Shown: positions 1-10,321, numbered from the stretch's first letter. The stretch is DNA of 64,000 nucleotides from Terriglobia bacterium (GCA_965198225.1 CBDAOY010000006.1:256001-320000), one strand, 5' to 3'. Numbers and translations: made by a program. The notes: generated by a model not told the origin, from the letters alone.

Positions 1-9
1 CGTTCACAC

Positions 10-573
10 ATGATTCAGGCGACACAGTTGCGGCGCGGCAACATCATCCTCCACAAGGACGAATTGTTCCGGGTCGTCGAGTTCCACCACCTGACCCCGG
101 GCAACAAGCGGGGGATGATGCAGACCAAGCTGAAGAACCTCCGGTCCGGAGCGACAATCGATCACAAGTTCCGGTCAGACGATTCGGTCGAGAAAGCGGT
201 GCTGGACAAGAGAGAGATGGAGTATCTCTACAGCGAGGGGGATATCCACACGTTCATGGACACCGAGACCTACGAACAGCTCCATTTCAGCTCCGAAGCG
301 CTCGGCGATGGCATGCAGTACCTGGTCGCGAACGCCCGGATCGAAGTGGAGTTCTACGACACCAGCCCCGTGGGGATCGAACTCCCCGCGACCGTCGATC
401 TCGAAGTTGTCGAGACCGAACCGGGATTGAAGACCGCCACGGTCAGCAATGTGCTCAAACCGGCGAAGACAGAAACCGGACTCGTTGTCGGGGTTCCCCA
501 TTTCATCCAGGAAGGCGAGATGATCCGCGTGGATACGAGCGAAGGGAAGTACGTCGAGCGGGCGCGCGGATAG
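10..573 (+). CDS. efp: Elongation factor P
   Basis: 187 aa; HLTPGNKRG loop, KNLRSGAT, YLYSEGD, FMDTETYEQ, KPAKTETG and VPHFIQEGEMIRVDT are typical EF-P motifs. Confidence 0.97.
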   Translation: MIQATQLRRGNIILHKDELFRVVEFHHLTPGNKRGMMQTKLKNLRSGATIDHKFRSDDSVEKAVLDKREMEYLYSEGDIHTFMDTETYEQLHFSSEALGDGMQYLVANARIEVEFYDTSPVGIELPATVDLEVVETEPGLKTATVSNVLKPAKTETGLVVGVPHFIQEGEMIRVDTSEGKYVERARG

Positions 574-591
574 CTTCTTCAGACTTCGGAA

Positions 592-689
592 AGCCACGGA
601 TTACACAGATTGCACGGATAGGAAGAAGCCTGTGGTCTCCTGTCCGAAAGACCCACTCCTAATCCGCTAAATCCGTGTAATCCGTGGCT
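592..689. repeat. REP-like inverted repeat between convergent efp and nrfA
   Basis: agccacggattacacagatt (592-611) pairs with aatccgtgtaatccgtggct (670-689), one mismatch. Confidence 0.8.
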
Positions 690-704
690 TTTCTCCCTGC
701 TTCC

Positions 705-2087
705 CTAGTCCCTCAAGGCCACCTGTCCTCGTCGAGCGAAATCGATCGATTCCAGAAGGATTCGGGTCGCTTCCTGTGGAGCGTGGAACCCGGTGGAGTT
801 TTCCGCTTCGACAAAGTCCAGGTAGAACTGTGACCGCCGCTGGAAGCCCCGCGCCGCGGACAATTGCTCTTCGGAAGCGCCGTCGACGACGGCTCCGCGA
901 ATGTCTGCAATCAAGTCCACAAGCGCATCCATCGCCAGGTCGCGGGAACTGAAAAGGCTCGTCTGGATGGTCTCCACTCGTGCGCGAAGCTCGTCCTCGG
1001 GCCATTTGTGACAGATCTGGCACGCACGACTGATGTTCAGGACGGGGCTTTGGAGGTGATGGTCGCTGATCTTCATGGCGCCCTCCCTGGTGTAGGGCAT
1101 GTGGCAGTCCGCGCACGTCACCCCGGAGCGGGCATGAATCCCCTGGTTCCACATCTCGAATTCGGGATGCTGGGCTTTGAGGACCCCGGCGCCGGACTCG
1201 GCATGTGACCAGTCGACGAAATCGGCTTCGTCGTAATAAGCGAGGATGTTCTCCACCCGAAGCCCGTTTGCCCAGGGATAGACCAGGCGCTTCTCGGCCC
1301 CCCGGAAGTGATACTCCACGTGACACTGACCACAGACGAAACTGCGCATCTCCTGTCGGGTTGCATCGGCGTTGACCGAGTAGTCGGGCATGTCCTCCCG
1401 CGCCTTCAGGGCCCGAATGCCCTCGATGAATGCCGGCCGCGTCACACGAAGCTGCATCGTTTCGGGATCGTGGCAATCGATGCAGCCGACGGGGTGCGAC
1501 ACCTGTTCGCGTGCCTCCGGGTAAGTCATCTGGTTCAGCCGCTCGAACCCCACGGTCATGTCCCCTTCACCAAGCCGACGGTAGGCAGCGTACGTGGATG
1601 CGTGGCAATGGATGCAGGTGCCGGGTTGCGGGGCTGCCTGCTGTCTCTGGGTGAAGGTCTGGTCGTCGAGCATGAACGCGTGTCCACGCTCTTCACGGAA
1701 ATCGACCGCGAACGAATAGCCTGCCCACATCGTTCGCAGACGCGGGTCTTCGTCGAGCTTCGACTGGGCCACGAGGGAACGCGGGTCCGCGTCGGTGGGT
1801 CTCCGAGGCATCGCTTCGCTGCCGCCGTAACGGGTTCGAACCTGGTCGACGCTCCGGAGATACGCATCATACTGCAGTGGAAAATTCTTACCCCAGGCAG
1901 CCGGATCTTCGGTTTCATCGGTCAATTCGACGACGCGAAAGAAGGGATTACGCGCTTCCTGACGCCGTTCGAAGATGTTCAACAGCAGGGCCACGCCGGC
2001 CACGGCCGCGATCACACTCACCAGGGAGGCAAGCAGTACCAGGCGAAGCGGATAGCCTGAAGCACCTGATCGATTCTGATCCGACAT
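705..2087 (-). CDS. nrfA: Ammonia-forming cytochrome c nitrite reductase (c552), CxxCH heme-1 variant
   Basis: Five heme motifs CIHCH, CIDCH, CGQCH, CADCH, CQICH; KAQHPEFE and AENSTGFHAP; start reassigned to MSDQNRS (ATG 2087) just after nrfH. Confidence 0.95.
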   Translation of the reverse strand: MSDQNRSGASGYPLRLVLLASLVSVIAAVAGVALLLNIFERRQEARNPFFRVVELTDETEDPAAWGKNFPLQYDAYLRSVDQVRTRYGGSEAMPRRPTDADPRSLVAQSKLDEDPRLRTMWAGYSFAVDFREERGHAFMLDDQTFTQRQQAAPQPGTCIHCHASTYAAYRRLGEGDMTVGFERLNQMTYPEAREQVSHPVGCIDCHDPETMQLRVTRPAFIEGIRALKAREDMPDYSVNADATRQEMRSFVCGQCHVEYHFRGAEKRLVYPWANGLRVENILAYYDEADFVDWSHAESGAGVLKAQHPEFEMWNQGIHARSGVTCADCHMPYTREGAMKISDHHLQSPVLNISRACQICHKWPEDELRARVETIQTSLFSSRDLAMDALVDLIADIRGAVVDGASEEQLSAARGFQRRSQFYLDFVEAENSTGFHAPQEATRILLESIDFARRGQVALRD

Positions 2088-2098
2088 GTTCGGCCTCT

Positions 2099-2551
2099 CT
2101 ATCGAAAGTGTCCGACGGAACCGTGGCATCGGACGCAGGACACGGATTCGCTCTGAGGGTGCGCCGCCCCGATGGATTCGACCATATCGGCGTGACACTT
2201 GGCGCAGGATCCTTCGGCGACCTCCCGGTTGTGCGATTTGATTTGGATCGGGTCGGGAAAGCGACCGGACGTGAACGCGAAAGAATGCCAGAACCCGTTT
2301 GAAACCTTCGTCGCGTACTTGGCGAAGAAGCCGGAGGGCGTATGGCAATCGTTGCATGTCGCCGCCGCTCGGTGGCTCGATTTCATCCATCCGTCATGCT
2401 GGGAGCGCATGACGTGACAGTTCGCGCACGCGGCTGGATCGTCTGTCAGGTATGCGTACCCCTCGGCGTAGACAAACGTAAAACCGGAGATCCCGGCCGC
2501 CAGCCCCGCGGATATTCCCAGAAAAACCGTGGTCCAGGTAGCCGTCCTCAC
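2099..2551 (-). CDS. nrfH: Cytochrome c nitrite reductase small subunit (tetraheme, NapC/NirT family)
   Basis: N-terminal TM helix, YLTDDPAACANCHVM, four CxxCH motifs, adjacent to nrfA. Confidence 0.95.
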   Translation of the reverse strand: MRTATWTTVFLGISAGLAAGISGFTFVYAEGYAYLTDDPAACANCHVMRSQHDGWMKSSHRAAATCNDCHTPSGFFAKYATKVSNGFWHSFAFTSGRFPDPIQIKSHNREVAEGSCAKCHADMVESIGAAHPQSESVSCVRCHGSVGHFR

Positions 2552-2699
2552 GTTCTGTCTCCCACGCTTCCCTTATCGCAGCACCGAGGGCGGTGCTTTC
2601 TCACGTGAACAGGTGTCGCGTTTGCCGTCAAAACCTTTCGTGTAATGGTGCGGACGCATTATGCAAAGAACCTATGGAGGATCAGCCTGGGCGCAATTC

Positions 2700-3644
2700 T
2701 CAGTGAACGGCGATCGGCGCAACCGTCGAGCCGGTACCGCCCTGGATTTTCAGCGGTTGCACAATCAGGGCGAACTCGTATACCTGTTTCGCTGCGAGTT
2801 CATCCAGCTTCATTCTCTCAAGCAGATGGATGCCGTTGATCGCGAGCATGATCTGGTGCACCGGTAGTGAGAGATCGGGATCCGGGTTGGGTGAGATCTC
2901 CACCGGCGTGTTATCGGATCCGATCAGCATTGGATCCTGGCCCACCAGCCATTCGGCTGCGGCGATCCCGATTCCCGGTCCGCCGCTCGAAAAGCGGCTG
3001 CTGTCCTGATACCAGAGTGTGCCCCATCCGGTGTGGATGATGACGGCATCGCCAGCCTGCAGCGACAGAGCCTGCCTCGCCAGCGCCTGCTCGAGATCCT
3101 CGACCGTGATCTCGTAAGTCGGTTCCAAGATGTCTACGCCTTTCAGAGCGGCCACGTCGATCAAGACACCCCGGGTCATCAACGCGCCCACATTCTCGAC
3201 GCCCAATCGCGTGAACCCGGTCCGGGTTAGTATCTCGTCGCGCCTGAAACAGTTGTACATGCTGTCACCGATGGTCTGGTGGCTGAAGGCGTCGAACTGG
3301 GTGCCCACCTGACCGATCTCCGACACGACGAGTTCCTCGTTGGAACCGCGCTGGTTCGACTGCGATCCGATCCTGGTGGGCTTGGTGTACAAGTCAAAAT
3401 GACGGCCGCCAAGCGGCATCGCCCCTGACAGGACGTGTCCGAGCTCGATCACCTCACCCTCGCGGATCAACCGCGTCGCGCGAAGGACAGTCTCGGCCCC
3501 CATGTGGTTCCCTGCGCCGCGCTCGTCGCCTTGGCCCCACTTCGACGGACACCGCTCTTCTTCACCGGGTGGAGTCCAGGATTGGGCGTTGAGGTTCTGC
3601 ATACTGAGCACGGCTACGAATATGATGGTCGCCGTAAATCTCAC
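2700..3644 (-). CDS. Secreted cyclase-family (kynurenine formamidase-like) metal hydrolase
   Basis: SKWGQGDERGAGN, GQVGTQFDAFSH, RGVLIDVA, GGTGSTVAPIAV; GTG start 3644 behind a GGAGG RBS, signal-like N-terminus. Confidence 0.85.
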   Translation of the reverse strand: MRFTATIIFVAVLSMQNLNAQSWTPPGEEERCPSKWGQGDERGAGNHMGAETVLRATRLIREGEVIELGHVLSGAMPLGGRHFDLYTKPTRIGSQSNQRGSNEELVVSEIGQVGTQFDAFSHQTIGDSMYNCFRRDEILTRTGFTRLGVENVGALMTRGVLIDVAALKGVDILEPTYEITVEDLEQALARQALSLQAGDAVIIHTGWGTLWYQDSSRFSSGGPGIGIAAAEWLVGQDPMLIGSDNTPVEISPNPDPDLSLPVHQIMLAINGIHLLERMKLDELAAKQVYEFALIVQPLKIQGGTGSTVAPIAVH

Positions 3645-3702
3645 CTTCCCTCCTTCTTGGCTTTTAAAAAAAGCTAAAGCGACGTTCTTCGAGGGACCGG
3701 CG

Positions 3703-5103
3703 TCAGCCGGAGACAACCCCACGCAAGACGGCCAGTAGTTCGTTCTCCTCCTCCGGCTGAACGGTGCGCAGGTCAAGCAACACGCTTTCATCTTCAACAC
3801 GGACGAGCACCGGCGGGGTCGCGTCGCGGAAACGCTTCTCGAGGTCCACCTCGGAGACACCGCCGGCCTTGACGGCGACGCCCCATGAGGGCAATTCGGC
3901 TCCGGGAGCGGATCCTCCACCGACGACGGAAATCATCGATACCACACCTGCGGCGCCATCCGAGCGCGCCGCAAACGTCTCGGCGCGCGCCTTGAGTTCC
4001 GATTCATCGAGCGTGAGCATGCGCGAAACCGGGACCTCGGCGGGACAGCCCCGCAGGTACGATCCCAGCACGACCTCCAGCACTGAAAGCGTCAGCTTGT
4101 CGACGCGCAACGCTCGGAACAACTGGTTCTTCCGGACGCGCTCGATCAGTTCCCTGCGACCGGCGATGATGCCGGCCTGCGGGCCACCGAGAAGCTTGTC
4201 TCCACTGAAGCAGACGATGTCGACTCCGGCACGGATACTTTCAGTCGCGAGCGGTTCATCGCGAACGCCCGAGCGAGTCAGATCCACGAGACATCCGCTG
4301 CCGAGGTCTTCAAACGTCGGAACTCCCGAACTTCGTCCCAGCGCCACGAACTCCTCCAGCGTGGGCTTCTCGGTAAAGCCGACGATATGAAAGTTGCTGG
4401 GGTGCACGCGGAGCATCAGGCGCGTGTCCGGTCCGATTGCCGCCTCGTAGTCCGCAATCCGCGTCCGGTTCGTCGTCCCGACCTCCCGCAGGCGGGCGCC
4501 GCTCTTGACCATCACTTCGGGGATGCGGAACGAACCGCCGATCTCGATCTGCTCGCCGCGGGAAGCGACAACCTCTCCTCCCTCGGAGCCGAGGACCAGG
4601 GCCTCTCCACCTTCGGCGAGCGTGTTCAGCACGAGCAGAACAGCCGCTGCGTTGTTGTTGACGACGATCGCGGCTTCCGAACCGAGAAGCTCGTCGATCA
4701 ACCGCGCCACGTGCACGTCACGACGCCCACGGGCTCCTTTCTCGAGGTCAAATTCCAGGTTCGAGTACCCGGTTGATACGTCCCTCAGGTGATCGATTGC
4801 AGCTTCCGGCAGAGGGGCACGGCCCAGGTTGGTGTGGACGACAACACCGGAGGCGTTGATGACTCGCCGGAGCGAATGCGACAGAAACGCGTCGATCCGC
4901 CGGCGCAGCTCGACGGCGATCTGACCTGTGAGTTCCTCGCGCTCGACTATCTCCGTGCCGGCCTTGAGACGCCGCCGGGTCTGGGCCAACACGTCATCGA
5001 GCAGGCTGGAAACGAATGGCTGAGACAGCACGGAGCCAAGGTCGGACAACTCCCGCTGCATCAAGATGTCGTTGACGGGAGGAATCTTCTTCAGCGCCTC
5101 CAT
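3703..5103 (-). CDS. selA: L-seryl-tRNA(Sec) selenium transferase
   Basis: RRVINASGVVVHTNLGRAP, VNNNAAAVLL, EVGTTNRT, FSGDKLLGGPQAG, RALRVDKL. Confidence 0.96.
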   Translation of the reverse strand: MEALKKIPPVNDILMQRELSDLGSVLSQPFVSSLLDDVLAQTRRRLKAGTEIVEREELTGQIAVELRRRIDAFLSHSLRRVINASGVVVHTNLGRAPLPEAAIDHLRDVSTGYSNLEFDLEKGARGRRDVHVARLIDELLGSEAAIVVNNNAAAVLLVLNTLAEGGEALVLGSEGGEVVASRGEQIEIGGSFRIPEVMVKSGARLREVGTTNRTRIADYEAAIGPDTRLMLRVHPSNFHIVGFTEKPTLEEFVALGRSSGVPTFEDLGSGCLVDLTRSGVRDEPLATESIRAGVDIVCFSGDKLLGGPQAGIIAGRRELIERVRKNQLFRALRVDKLTLSVLEVVLGSYLRGCPAEVPVSRMLTLDESELKARAETFAARSDGAAGVVSMISVVGGGSAPGAELPSWGVAVKAGGVSEVDLEKRFRDATPPVLVRVEDESVLLDLRTVQPEEENELLAVLRGVVSG

Positions 5104-5207
5104 GGCGCTATTTCAGCATAGGGGTCTCCCATTTACAATTCGGTTCGGAATTCTCGGCGGAGACCGAATTAGCTTGAAAACCGAGATCGGGGACGCGAAT
5201 CGGAATG

Positions 5208-5283
5208 CGGGGACGGAGACCGAATTCCCAGGATCCTGAAACCAACGGTTTAATTAGTATGGGTAATTCGGTCTCCGTCCCCG
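5208..5283. repeat. REP-like hairpin in divergent intergenic region
   Basis: cggggacggagaccgaatt (5208-5226) is the exact reverse complement of aattcggtctccgtccccg (5265-5283); extra half copy near 5158-5170. Confidence 0.8.
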
Positions 5284-5324
5284 AATTTGCCGGGTTAGAA
5301 TTGAGATGCGCCGCGCATCTCAAT

Positions 5325-5915
5325 ATGAAAAAGCGAATCGTGATTCTCTGCACGCTCTGGCTGGCACTGCCGGCGACTTCGGAAGGTTGGCCTTCATCCC
5401 ACTATCGGGAGATCTTCCTGAACGCTCACAGGGTATTGCCGCCGCCTCTTCGCCAGCTTCTCGTCGATATGGACGCCGTCTTCGAACAGCCCTGCGAACC
5501 GAAGGTCCTCGAGCAGTCGGTGGATCGCGCCATCGCGGAGTTCTCGAATCGCTACGGCAGTCTCCAGAGAGCTGGTGAAGCATTGAGAGACGCGGGTTGT
5601 GCCGCAGCGGCGATGAATGATCCACGAATGGATCGACTGGTTCAATCTCACGGCGGGAAGTTTCCCGTTGTTTTCTACGGCTATCATCCTTTCGTCCGCG
5701 ACGGGAACCTCGCCGGCTACCTCGCGATCAGACGCGAGGCGCAACAGCGGCTCGCAGGTCGCCTGGAGCGGTCGATCGAACTTCCGAGCCGGTCCGAGCA
5801 GGTCGAGCTGTCTCCGGAATTCGGTGTGGCATCGATCGCTTTCTCACACGCCGTGACCGACGTTGCCAATGTCTGGTTCTATGTCTGGACGAAGGTCAAC
5901 GGATCCGTCAATTAG
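5325..5915 (+). CDS. Secreted hypothetical protein (helical; weak zinc-dependent phospholipase C/S1-P1-like look)
   Basis: Start MKKRIVILC with signal peptide followed by W-x3-H; family assignment is only an impression. Confidence 0.6.
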   Translation: MKKRIVILCTLWLALPATSEGWPSSHYREIFLNAHRVLPPPLRQLLVDMDAVFEQPCEPKVLEQSVDRAIAEFSNRYGSLQRAGEALRDAGCAAAAMNDPRMDRLVQSHGGKFPVVFYGYHPFVRDGNLAGYLAIRREAQQRLAGRLERSIELPSRSEQVELSPEFGVASIAFSHAVTDVANVWFYVWTKVNGSVN

Positions 5916-5916
5916 A

Positions 5917-6004
5917 CAGCGGTCAGCTATTAGCTTCCAGCTCTCAGCCAGGAACCAAACGCTGGGGGTCGTCGCTCAGAAGCTGAACGCTGAGGGCTGA
6001 CTGC
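5917..6004. repeat. Inverted heptamer-repeat hairpin
   Basis: cagctat-tagcttc-cagctct-cagc on the left, gctgaac-gctgagg-gctgact on the right. Confidence 0.55.
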
Positions 6005-6052
6005 CAATCCAAAGAATTCAGAAATTCTCTGGATTGTCTAAGGAGTCAACAG

Positions 6053-7636
6053 TTGAACAGAATCGAGCGCGCTCTAATCAGCGTCTTCGACAAGCGCGGG
6101 GTGGTGGAGTTCGCGCGCGGCCTCATGGACTTGGGTGTCGAGATCCTCTCCACGGGCGGCACCGCCCGGCTTCTTGCCCGCGAAGCGATCGCCGTGCGGG
6201 AAGTGTCGGAGATGACAGGATTCCCCGAGATAATGGACGGGCGAGTCAAAACGCTGCATCCCCGAATCCACGCCGGGTTGCTAGCCGTTCGCGGCAACGC
6301 CGAGCACATGCAGGCCCTCGAGAGAAACTCCATTCAACCGATCGATCTGGTATGTGTCAACCTCTACCCTTTCGTCGAAACGACACTTAGGGAGGACGCA
6401 ACATTCGAAGAAATCATCGAGAACATCGACATCGGCGGACCCTCCATGATTCGCGCCGCCGCCAAGAACTTCCCTGATGTCGTTGTCGTGACCAGCCCGG
6501 ACGACTACGAGGAAGTTCTTGATGAACTGCGGCAGGGCGACGGCCGACTGTCTCGAACTCGCCTGTTCGCGCTCGCCCGGAAGGCCTTCGTCCATACCGG
6601 CCAGTACGATGGGCAGATCGCCCAGTTCCTGTCCGCCGTCCAGGCGGATGGAGAAACGTTGCAGTTGCCGTCGGGAGCGGGGTTTCCCGACCGACTGTTC
6701 CTGGACTTCGAGAGAGTTTCCGAGCTCCGCTACGGCGAAAACCCCCACCAGAAGGCCGCCTTCTACCAGTGGGGAGGCGGGCCGAGCCACGGTCTGGCGG
6801 CCGCCCGGCAGCTGCAGGGTAAGGAGCTCTCCTACAACAACCTGGTCGACCTGGAGGCTGCCTGGGGCCTCATCCACGAATTTGACGAACCCGCCTGCTG
6901 CATCATCAAACACACCAATCCGTGCGGTACCGCGATCGGGGACGATCTACGCGACGCATACCAGAAGGCCTACGACGCTGACCCGGTTTCGGCCTTCGGC
7001 TCCATCATCGCGGTCAACCGGGAACTGGACCCTGCGACGGCCGAGGAAATCTCCAAGATCTTCGTCGAGGCCATCATTGCGCCCGGGGTCGCAGCGGGTG
7101 CGCGCGAAGTGTTCTCGAAGAAGAAGAACCTCCGGCTGCTCGACGCATCGGCGTCCGGTTCGGCGAACGGCGTGAGAAGGTTGGAGATCAAAAGGGTGAC
7201 GGGCGGCATCCTTGTGCAGGAAGCCGACGAATCCGACGAACTGGACGGCTCCGCGACCCGGGTCGTGACGGCGCGCGAACCGAGCAGGGGCGAGTGGCGA
7301 GATCTGCGTTTCGCCTGGAAGGTCGCCGAGCACGTCAAGTCCAACGCGATCGTCCTGGCTCGAGGGGGAAGGACCACCGGGGTCGGAGCCGGACAGATGA
7401 GCCGGGTCGATTCGGTCAAGATCAGCGTGGAAAAAGCTCGACCGAGCACCAGCGGCACCGTGTTGGCATCGGATGCGTTTTTCCCGTTTCGGGACGGGAT
7501 CGACGAGGCGGCCAAGGCGGGGGTCACTGCAGTGATCCAACCAGGCGGATCGAAGCGGGACGATGAGGTTATCGCGGCCGCCGAAGAACACGGTATGGCG
7601 ATGGTATTCACCGGTACGAGACACTTCAAACACTGA
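6053..7636 (+). CDS. purH: Bifunctional AICAR transformylase/IMP cyclohydrolase
   Basis: RALISVFDK, GRVKTLHPRIH, IDIGGPSMIRAAAKN, LRYGENPHQ, ASDAFFPF, FTGTRHFKH. Confidence 0.98.
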   Translation: MNRIERALISVFDKRGVVEFARGLMDLGVEILSTGGTARLLAREAIAVREVSEMTGFPEIMDGRVKTLHPRIHAGLLAVRGNAEHMQALERNSIQPIDLVCVNLYPFVETTLREDATFEEIIENIDIGGPSMIRAAAKNFPDVVVVTSPDDYEEVLDELRQGDGRLSRTRLFALARKAFVHTGQYDGQIAQFLSAVQADGETLQLPSGAGFPDRLFLDFERVSELRYGENPHQKAAFYQWGGGPSHGLAAARQLQGKELSYNNLVDLEAAWGLIHEFDEPACCIIKHTNPCGTAIGDDLRDAYQKAYDADPVSAFGSIIAVNRELDPATAEEISKIFVEAIIAPGVAAGAREVFSKKKNLRLLDASASGSANGVRRLEIKRVTGGILVQEADESDELDGSATRVVTAREPSRGEWRDLRFAWKVAEHVKSNAIVLARGGRTTGVGAGQMSRVDSVKISVEKARPSTSGTVLASDAFFPFRDGIDEAAKAGVTAVIQPGGSKRDDEVIAAAEEHGMAMVFTGTRHFKH

Positions 7637-7748
7637 ATCTCACCCGGCTCCGTCTAAAAAAAAGCGGCCATTCGGAATCTACTCATGAACAATGGGCGAA
7701 TTCGACTTATAATGAACAAAACTCATAGCTTGTCTTAGTGGATCGATT

Positions 7749-9704
7749 ATGAAGAAGACGCTGATTGGACTCATTGTCGGAGCTCTCATGGGCGGAAACA
7801 GCCTCGCTCAAATCCCGGAGCAAGAGCAACAGGCCGAGGCCTATTACCACTTCAGCAGGGCGATGGCGCTGGAGGGCAGCGGCCAGTGGGAGGCAGCCCT
7901 CGAAGAATACGAGAAGGCGTTGGCGATCGACCCGACCAACTCCATGATCTATTCCGAGATGGCGGCAGCCTACTTCCGCAGACGCCAGGTCGACCAGGCC
8001 ACTGAGTATGCCGAAAGAGCGATTCGCGCCGGCGCGGACAACCTCGATGCCCATCAGCTGCTGAGCACCATCTACTCGAATATGCTCGGGCAGGCGAGCG
8101 CCCGCGGCGTGCCACCCGAGATCGTCGACAAGGCGATCGAAGAGTTCGAGCACATCGTCCGCCTGGACCCGAACGGGCGCGACGCCTACCTGATGCTGGG
8201 GCGACTGTACCGTTTCAAGAACGACCCTGAGAGAGCGACCGAGGTCTACCGGGATTTTCTGAAAATCGCGCCGGGATCGGAGGAGGGAGCCATCTCGTTG
8301 GCGGAACTGCAGATCGGCGCCGGCAATGTCGAAGAGGCCGTCGAGATCCTGAAGAAGTTCAACGAGGAACAGCCGGGCTCACTGAACGTCCTGACAACGC
8401 TTGGTGACGCCTACGCACAGTTGGAGGAGTTTGACAGCGCCGCCGATGCCTATTCCGGGGCGCTCCTGCTCGACGAAGACAACATCGACTTGATGCGCGC
8501 ATTGGCCCAGGCTCTCTTCTTCGCGGACCGCTTCGAGGAGGCCGTCGAGCTTTACGAACGGCTGATCGTCGAAGATCCGGAGGACGCCCTCGCGTACCTG
8601 CGGATCGGGCAGATCCACCGGGATCAGATGAAGTACGACGAGGCGCGCGAGCACCTGGCAAAGGCGGCTCGATTGGTCCCGGACAGCACGGAGATCCGAT
8701 TCAACCTGGCCCTAGTGAACAGGGACAGCGGCCGTTTCGATGAGGCACTCTCTCAGGTTCGGGAACTTCTCAGGGAAACCGAACAGTCGCGCTATACGGA
8801 TGGGGAACGCCGCAACCGGCGGGTCTTCCTGACGCATGTCGCGATACTGAATTCGATGATGGAACGTTTCGACCGCGCCATCGAGGCGTTCGGCGAGATC
8901 AAGACGATCGAAAGGGATTCGGACGGGACCGTCGATTCCTACATCGTCGACATGTACCGCTCGGCTGATGAAGTGGATCGTGCCCTCGAACACAGCAACT
9001 CTGCGCTCGAGGACTATCCTGAGAACCGTCAACTCCTCATTCAGAACGCCGACCTCATTGCTCTCGAGGGGCATGTGGAGCAAGGCGTTGCGGCGCTTCG
9101 CGAAATGACGACCGACGACGAGGAGGACCTGCAGATCTTCTCCTCGATAATCAACATCTACCAGCGGGAAAAGGACTTCGAGGCGGCTCAGAGCGTGCTC
9201 GATGATGCGATGGAACAATTCGCGGACGACGAGCAGGCACACTTCCTCCAGGGTGCGATCTTCGAACAGCAGAAGAACTACGAGGAAGCTGAAGCGGCGT
9301 TCCGAAAGGCGTTGGAGATCGAGGCCGACGACCCTGCGGTGCTGAACTACCTCGGCTACATGCTGGCGGACAACGGCGTCAAGCTCGAAGAAGCGCTGGA
9401 GATGATCCAGAAAGCGGTTGAAGCCGATCCGATCAACGGCGCCTACCTGGACAGTCTCGGATGGGTCTATTACCGGCTCGACCGGATGGATCTGGCCGAA
9501 CAGTACTTGAAGAGGGCGCTGCTTTTCGCCCGCAGCGACCCGACGATCCACGAACACATGGGCGATCTTTACCTGAAGACCGATCGGATCGATGAAGCCC
9601 GTGCGGAATACGAAAAGTCTATCGAGCTGGCGGAAGACGAGCAAGAGAGCGACAAGGTTCAGAAGAAGTTGAACGATCTCGGTTCCCGAAACAACCCGAA
9701 CTGA
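7749..9704 (+). CDS. Exported tetratricopeptide-repeat protein
   Basis: Signal peptide, many TPR units, VLNYLGYMLAD and AYLDSLGWVYY motifs. Confidence 0.9.
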   Translation: MKKTLIGLIVGALMGGNSLAQIPEQEQQAEAYYHFSRAMALEGSGQWEAALEEYEKALAIDPTNSMIYSEMAAAYFRRRQVDQATEYAERAIRAGADNLDAHQLLSTIYSNMLGQASARGVPPEIVDKAIEEFEHIVRLDPNGRDAYLMLGRLYRFKNDPERATEVYRDFLKIAPGSEEGAISLAELQIGAGNVEEAVEILKKFNEEQPGSLNVLTTLGDAYAQLEEFDSAADAYSGALLLDEDNIDLMRALAQALFFADRFEEAVELYERLIVEDPEDALAYLRIGQIHRDQMKYDEAREHLAKAARLVPDSTEIRFNLALVNRDSGRFDEALSQVRELLRETEQSRYTDGERRNRRVFLTHVAILNSMMERFDRAIEAFGEIKTIERDSDGTVDSYIVDMYRSADEVDRALEHSNSALEDYPENRQLLIQNADLIALEGHVEQGVAALREMTTDDEEDLQIFSSIINIYQREKDFEAAQSVLDDAMEQFADDEQAHFLQGAIFEQQKNYEEAEAAFRKALEIEADDPAVLNYLGYMLADNGVKLEEALEMIQKAVEADPINGAYLDSLGWVYYRLDRMDLAEQYLKRALLFARSDPTIHEHMGDLYLKTDRIDEARAEYEKSIELAEDEQESDKVQKKLNDLGSRNNPN

Positions 9705-9733
9705 GCCGCACCCGGCCTGATCACCCAGAAAAC

Positions 9734-10321
9734 GTGAACTCTTTGGCCCCCGACAGTGTCTTAAAAAACGACGAGAGGAAACCAGCCTCGTCTAAGACGG
9801 TCGGTTTCGAGGGCAATTTTGAGCTTGCCGCCACCGAACACCGCCCGTTCTTGATGCAGATCGCCGTCGCTTCGACCCGCAACGTCGACGACGCCGAGGA
9901 CATCGTCCAGGAAGCTCTGATGCGCGCTCACCGCGGCATCGGCAACTTCCGCGGTGACTGCCCGCTGCGCACATGGCTGGCGCGCATCGTGGTGCGTGTG
10001 TCGATCAATCACCGCCGCCGTTTCGTGCGCATGGTGAAGCGTTGGACGCTGTTCAGTGATCTGGAGCGCCGGGACTCGGAGGGCAAGACCAGTGCGTTCG
10101 ACGCCCCCGACCGGTCTAAGGACTTCGACCGGGAAGCCATGCTGGACGCGGGACGGCAAGTCGAAAAACTGCCCGATGAATTCCGCGTCCCTCTACTGAT
10201 GCTCGCGGTGAGGGGTATGACTATTCCCGAAATCGCAGCTGTCCTGGAAATACCGGAGGGAACGGTAAAGTCCAGGATCTTCTACGGGCGCAAGCGCCTC
10301 AAAGAGGCTTTGAAGCTATGA
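9734..10321 (+). CDS. ECF (sigma-70 group 4) sigma factor
   Basis: DAEDIVQEALMRA, FRGDCPLRTWL, EIAAVLEIPEGTVKSRI. Confidence 0.92.
   Translation: MNSLAPDSVLKNDERKPASSKTVGFEGNFELAATEHRPFLMQIAVASTRNVDDAEDIVQEALMRAHRGIGNFRGDCPLRTWLARIVVRVSINHRRRFVRMVKRWTLFSDLERRDSEGKTSAFDAPDRSKDFDREAMLDAGRQVEKLPDEFRVPLLMLAVRGMTIPEIAAVLEIPEGTVKSRIFYGRKRLKEALKL

Noticed and set aside
2088-2390. N-terminal extension of the 561-aa nrfA ORF
   Set aside because: Overlaps nrfH in another frame; the real start is more plausibly 2087
3645-3920. N-terminal extension of the cyclase ORF
   Set aside because: Overlaps the selA 3' end; RBS and signal peptide support a start at 3644
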